This document shows positions 59,546-64,000 of a DNA stretch of 64,000 nucleotides, in pieces. Positions within the stretch are counted from its first letter, which is position 1; each line of letters begins with the position of its first letter. Origin of the DNA: Eutreptiella sp. 'Long Island Sound 2002' (lineage: Eukaryota; Protista; Euglenida); the NCBI GenBank assembly GCA_964036045.1, contig OZ038379.1, positions 11,594,001 to 11,658,000 of the forward strand. The letters are read 5' to 3'. The notes beneath the pieces were generated by a model. It was not told where the DNA came from, did not search any database, and worked only from the letters and a program-made list of their open reading frames with translations. Both the position numbers and the translations under genes were made by a program.

Positions 59546-59663
59546 TGTTTTTCTCTTTTTTGTTTTTTCTTTTTTTTTCCCAAAAAAAAAAAAAACAAGT
59601 AAAAAAAAAAAAAAGTAAAAAAAAAAAAAACAAAAAAAAAAAAACAAAAAAAAAAACGAAAAT
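59546..59663 (+). repeat. T-rich tract immediately followed by an interrupted A-rich tract
   Basis: T-rich ~59546-59578, A-rich ~59582-59663. Confidence 0.95.
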
Positions 59664-59721
59664 TAGGGGGGGAGGAAGAGGGACACAACCACCCATGGCA
59701 CACGCGCACCGCACACAGCAC

Positions 59722-59890
59722 GCACACCGGTGAACAGGAGCCCAGTGGCCCAGGACACCGCACATGCAACACAACACACCGAGCGAGCACACCGGTGAAC
59801 AGGAGCCAGCTGGCCCAGGACACCGCAGACGCACCACAGCAAACCGCGCGGGCACACCGGTGAACAGGAGCCCAGCGGCCCAGGACACTG
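59722..59890 (+). repeat. Three copies of a ~37-bp motif with palindromic core CACCGGTG at exact 65-bp spacing
   Basis: gcacaccggtgaacaggagcc....ggcccaggacac at 59722, 59787 and 59852. Confidence 0.93.
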
Positions 59891-60471
59891 CACACACGTA
59901 GGGCGGCCGAGGGACAGGAAAGAACCAATACCCCATGGGTCGGACGCACTGGGGCGACCCAGCCGACCCACCGGGCCAGTGGCAGGAGCGGTACTCCAAG
60001 GCCACTGGTCCGAGCCCGGCCAGGCTGCATCGGGGACCATGGCAAACGTCACCCGGAGCCATGGAAGCAACCGGTGACAGGCGAGCCGGTACACAGTCCA
60101 GGAGGGGGTCACCTGCCAAGCAGAGTGGCCCCGCAACTCAAGCCACAAGGGTGAGGCGGACGTACCGTAGACAAGCGGGAGCAATACCCCTTGTGGTGAG
60201 AGATACTCCACACGGCTGGGCAGCCCCCCAGAGCTGCCGCCCAAAGGAGGGGGCATGTGGCCCTACCCATGGACACATGTGGGGACACCCTCCCACCTGG
60301 GACACATGGACCGGGTGGCCGCGACAATGCCTTCCCAAGCACATGCGGGAGCGGCTCAAGAGGCACCTGACATAGGGCAGTGGGAGGGACAGGACGTCCC
60401 CTTGGTAAGACCTTCTTCCTGCAATGTCAAAGGAGGCATCCCGAGCTCCCGAAGATACCTACCTACCTACC

Positions 60472-61963
60472 TCTGTTGAGGGCTGCAGGGAAGGGTAGCG
60501 CAGCGCTTAACACGGGGGAGCTGTGACAGTTCATTCCGCCGCAACTACTTCTGCCCGCACCCAACGGTTTGCCAACCGAATGGTAGTCGCCAAACCTGGG
60601 CCCACAACCGCTTTTCCAACCATTGTTAACCGCCTCCGGCACCCACTTTTGAACTCCCCCTCCAGTCCCCCACTTCCAATCCCAACAATTATGACTGTCC
60701 TCCATTTGGGATGCCAGGGTATCTTCCGGCTGTTGTTGCTTTGCAAAATGGCGCTGCATCTGAACTGGTTGCCCCCCCCCCCCCCCCCAAAAAGAGACAA
60801 CACACAAATACAAAAAATAGTAGCAGACACAACCTCCCAACCCAACCCAACCCACCGACAAGCAGCACGATTAACCCGACCACAAATAAATTATCCGCCA
60901 CAACAACTATCCGCCGACATTTTCCAGACTCCTGTTCCGACCTTGGTGTGTGGGGCTTGATTTGTCTGGGGTATTGTGCTGTAGTTTTTGATCTTGCGTG
61001 TCGTTGCTTCTCCATGAGGGTCCTTTGGTGCTGTCATGCTTTGTGGATGGTCAGATTGGTTGAAGGGTCATTTGGGCCGTATTTGGCCGTACTGCCCTCT
61101 ACGGTGCCCCGCTGGCGCAAATTCCTCTATGGTCCACCCAAGGTGAGCACAACCCCCTCTATGGTGCCCCTACAGTGAGCACATTCCCTCTATGGCCTCG
61201 TGTAGTGATCACTCCCCTCATGGCCACTCAAGAGGGGGCAGACACTCTGAAATGGCGCCCCTTCAGTGAGCACAACCCCCTGCTATGGCCCCCCTGCAGT
61301 GAGGAGAAGCGCCTGTATGGCCCTCCAGGCGGCCCAACAGGACAACAAACAGGGCCCCTCGGTGCTAGCCATGAGGCAAGGGCGGGTGTAAGGCTCGGGG
61401 TGTACGTGGGTGGATTGGAGGGAGAGAAGGAGCGGGAGACCAGGAGGCAGCCCCGAGGGACGCCGCCCCCCTCCCTCCAGATGACGGTAGGCAGGTCTTC
61501 TTGTCCAAAGTAAGGAAAAACTCTCCATCAAAATTGCATCTGCAATGTGCCCCAGAAACGCATGTCAACCATATACATGCCTCCAGCAACAAGCAGCCCC
61601 TTCGTCCATGAAAAATCCGACGGCCAGTCCCTATCCTCTGTCCTGCACCTCATTGCGCCGTGCTCCTGTTCCCAAACAAAACTCCTGCCCCCCCACCCGC
61701 CATCCATCTGTCAATACCCGCTTTTGCAACCGCTCTTGAAACCGCCTTCATGCCCCTGCTGTGCCCTTGCAGTGCGACAACGTGACGATGGTGGCAGTTT
61801 CTGCCGGTTGGGTGTCGGGTGGTGGCGCGCTGGTGGCAGTGCCGGAGCAGCAGCTGGACGCCACTGGGACGTACACCGTGTGCTACAACTTCCGCGGCCT
61901 GGGTCTGCTGTCCATCACTGACCTGGTGGTGGTGAGCGGGGCGGTGGCCTTCCGGACCGTTGG
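60472..61963 (+). repeat. 1,492-bp host segment, copy 2
   Basis: See copy 1; begins directly after the (TACC)4 tail. Confidence 0.97.
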
Positions 61964-62201
61964 GTCGTTGGGGCAGTACCAGTCGTTCTCGCTGATCGTG
62001 GATGGCGCGGGGCTGTCAACGGCCGACAGATACGCCCTCGTGGCCAACGCCACGGCGGACTGCTTTGAGCTCACCGACCTGGGGACGCTGATCCTGGCCG
62101 GGCAGTTGGCGGGCAGCACCCAAGTCAATATCCCAACGTTGCAGATGGGCGCTGGGCTTTACAGGGTTTGTTACCAGCTGGGGACCAATGTGGCGCGGCA
62201 G
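61773..62201 (+). CDS. Exon 8 (intact copy)
   Basis: Acceptor ccttgcag| and donor ggcag|gtaccc, phase 0/0; joins PGQE|CDNVT. Confidence 0.88.
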
Positions 62202-62668
62202 GTACCCCCCCCCCCCCGAAACTGCACCCGTGTGCCCTGTATCCCCTTTGCATGCCCCGTATACCCATGTGTGTGTGTGTGTGTGCCGCAGCCGGAGGGG
62301 AGCTTAAATGACATTTCACATTGTCCTTCACAGGCCCTTGGCTTAGCGCTCAGCGCGGCTGCCGAGGGCTGGAGACGGTCGGGATCGGGTGCAGGATGTG
62401 CCTCTTCCTCCCTGTACTGCAGAAAGGCGCCTAGTCCCTGATGGTCATGTCTGTTCTTTGACTGTTTGCGGCCTGACGAGGATCTACTTACGACCAGTGC
62501 CTGTGCCTGTCCTGTTCTTGCTGGTTCTGGGCTTTGGTCGCTTTGCGTCATCCGCGTGTGTGTGTGCCCTGTATTCCCCCCCTGTACACCCTGTCCCTCC
62601 TGTATGCCCGGTGTTCCCCGTGCTCGCTCTGTATACCACCACAGCCCCACATTCATCGCATGCTTCAG

Positions 62669-63152
62669 GTTGCGGGCAATTACACCATTTTTGGTGCCAC
62701 CCAGTACACCACACTGCCCGCCACCCCATCCCGCAACAACCAATTCAACCTGACCATTTACGGCTACGGGCTCTCCGGGGACGACAAGTTCGCGCTCATC
62801 GAGGGCCACCCATCGACTTGCGATGACTCAGTGGGGGGGCAGCAGATAACTCCCCAGCTCCTGAAGAGCGACGAAGAGGTCAATGCCATGGCGTACACGT
62901 ACGCCGCGGGCACGTACACTGTGTGCTACCGCTGGGGATTCTTCAGTTGGGCTGCAATGCAGGAGCCGCTGGTGGTGCTGGGCGCTACTGGGTACTCCAC
63001 AACACCCTCCCAGCCGACGGACATGGTGGCCTTCACAGTCACCATCTTGGGCAGCGGATTCAGCACCGACGACAATTACGCGTTGCTTGAATCCGCCAGC
63101 GACTGCAGCGGGGCAGGAGGTGCCTCACAGGACGTCACCAGTGGAATGATAG
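62669..63152 (+). CDS. Exon 9: Ig-like repeats; gene continues beyond the window
   Basis: Acceptor cttcag|; probable donor atag|gtctga, phase 1. Confidence 0.82.
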
Positions 63153-64000
63153 GTCTGATCTAACCCCGCCCGCATGTCTGTACCCATGCCCAGTGCTCGG
63201 GCCAACCCTGCCCAGGCCTTGTGCCAGCCTTGACCATTGGTTAGCAAGGTTTAATCACTTGTAGGCTAAGACATAGGCCATACCAAAATGGACCAAATCA
63301 CCTCGAAGAGGGTTGTTAGATCAAGCGCAGGCGCAGGCGTCGTATAACCCTACCCTTTTTTGGGTGTTGTTCGCGTAGCATACCCAAAGTTGTGGTATCG
63401 GATGTCCAACCCCTTGTAAAATCATCATTTTGGGCCAGAAAATGATCCCCCAATGAACTTTTCGATTTTGACACCCCTACCCCCTCGTACCTGGGTACCC
63501 CGTTTGGGGTGTGTGGGGGTGTGTGGGGGGTGGGGGCCAAAACTTCTTTGCATATTGTGGGCGCTGTGTGTTGACTCAGACCTAGGTCCCGAAGAACTTT
63601 TTTCTTGTATATGGAGCCCCTTACTCACGGTGGGGGTCTCAGGTCTGAACTCCGGGTACCCTCGGTCGCCCCCCCCCCCCCCCCCTGAATGGGCCCTTGC
63701 CAATGAGGACTTCGCCATTTTCATGCTGGTCAGGCTGCCTAGTGTCACCTGAAAAATTTCCAAAATTCGACTTTTGCCGCAACCCTTCTGTCGCCCCTAC
63801 GATGGGTTTGGGTGATCATTTGGTGACAATCCGGGTACTTGAGCACCCATAGGGACCCACATAGTAGCCGCTAGGTCCAAGTAGCCCCCGCCATGGCCCC
63901 CCCGAAAGCCCCAACATTGCTGTTGTTTACGGGCAGGACGGGCTGGGGAGCGGGCTTTTCCCGCAAGTGCTGCAGCCGGGGGAGCACGACCGTTATCCAT

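Larger units (their letters stand above)
52045..60471 (+). mobile_element. 5'-truncated non-LTR retrotransposon (LINE-like) with extra 3' ORFs, long repetitive 3' region and (TACC)4 tail
   Basis: Begins in an RNase H-CCHC ORF, has a strongly C/A-biased sense strand, ends in tacc x4 at 60456-60471, and is bounded by the duplicated host segment; no RT or endonuclease in the remaining part. Confidence 0.85.
30787..63152 (+). other. Multi-exon gene for a giant secreted or cell-surface glycoprotein with tandem Ig-like YxVCY repeats; 3' end lies outside the window
   Basis: Nine GC-rich coding exons join with compatible phases at GT-AG boundaries; 7,882 nt of CDS in the window. Confidence 0.88.

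Noticed and set aside
59722-59890. Regularly spaced 37-bp repeats with a palindrome, resembling a mini CRISPR array
   Set aside because: Only three units, spacers are similar C/A-rich sequence, there are no cas genes, and the context is a eukaryotic retroelement 3' region.

Overview
Eukaryotic genomic DNA with GT-AG introns, microsatellites and many dispersed repeats. No prokaryotic operon, rRNA, tRNA or CRISPR is supportable. A euglenozoan (euglenid/diplonemid-like) source is only an inference from the retroelement type. Three major structures are present. (1) A ~5.05 kb, apparently intact tyrosine-recombinase retrotransposon (10732-15780) with VIPER/TATE-type order gag-YR-RT/RNase H and split direct repeats. 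It sits in one arm of a ~1.3 kb inverted repeat, and the other arm preserves the empty site. gag and YR are in one frame separated by a single UGA. (2) A host gene (30787 to beyond the window end, 9 exons, ~2,630 codons in the window) for a giant secreted or surface glycoprotein built of Cys-containing Ig-like repeats. (3) Inside that gene, an ~8.4 kb 5'-truncated non-LTR retroelement (52045-60471). After its RNase H/CCHC end it carries extra ORFs (RING-like finger, His/Pro/Gln-rich region, Ulp1-like cysteine protease, two unknown domains) and ends in (TACC)4. It is flanked by a 1.49 kb host duplication that starts at position +2 of an intron and restores an intact acceptor and exon downstream.
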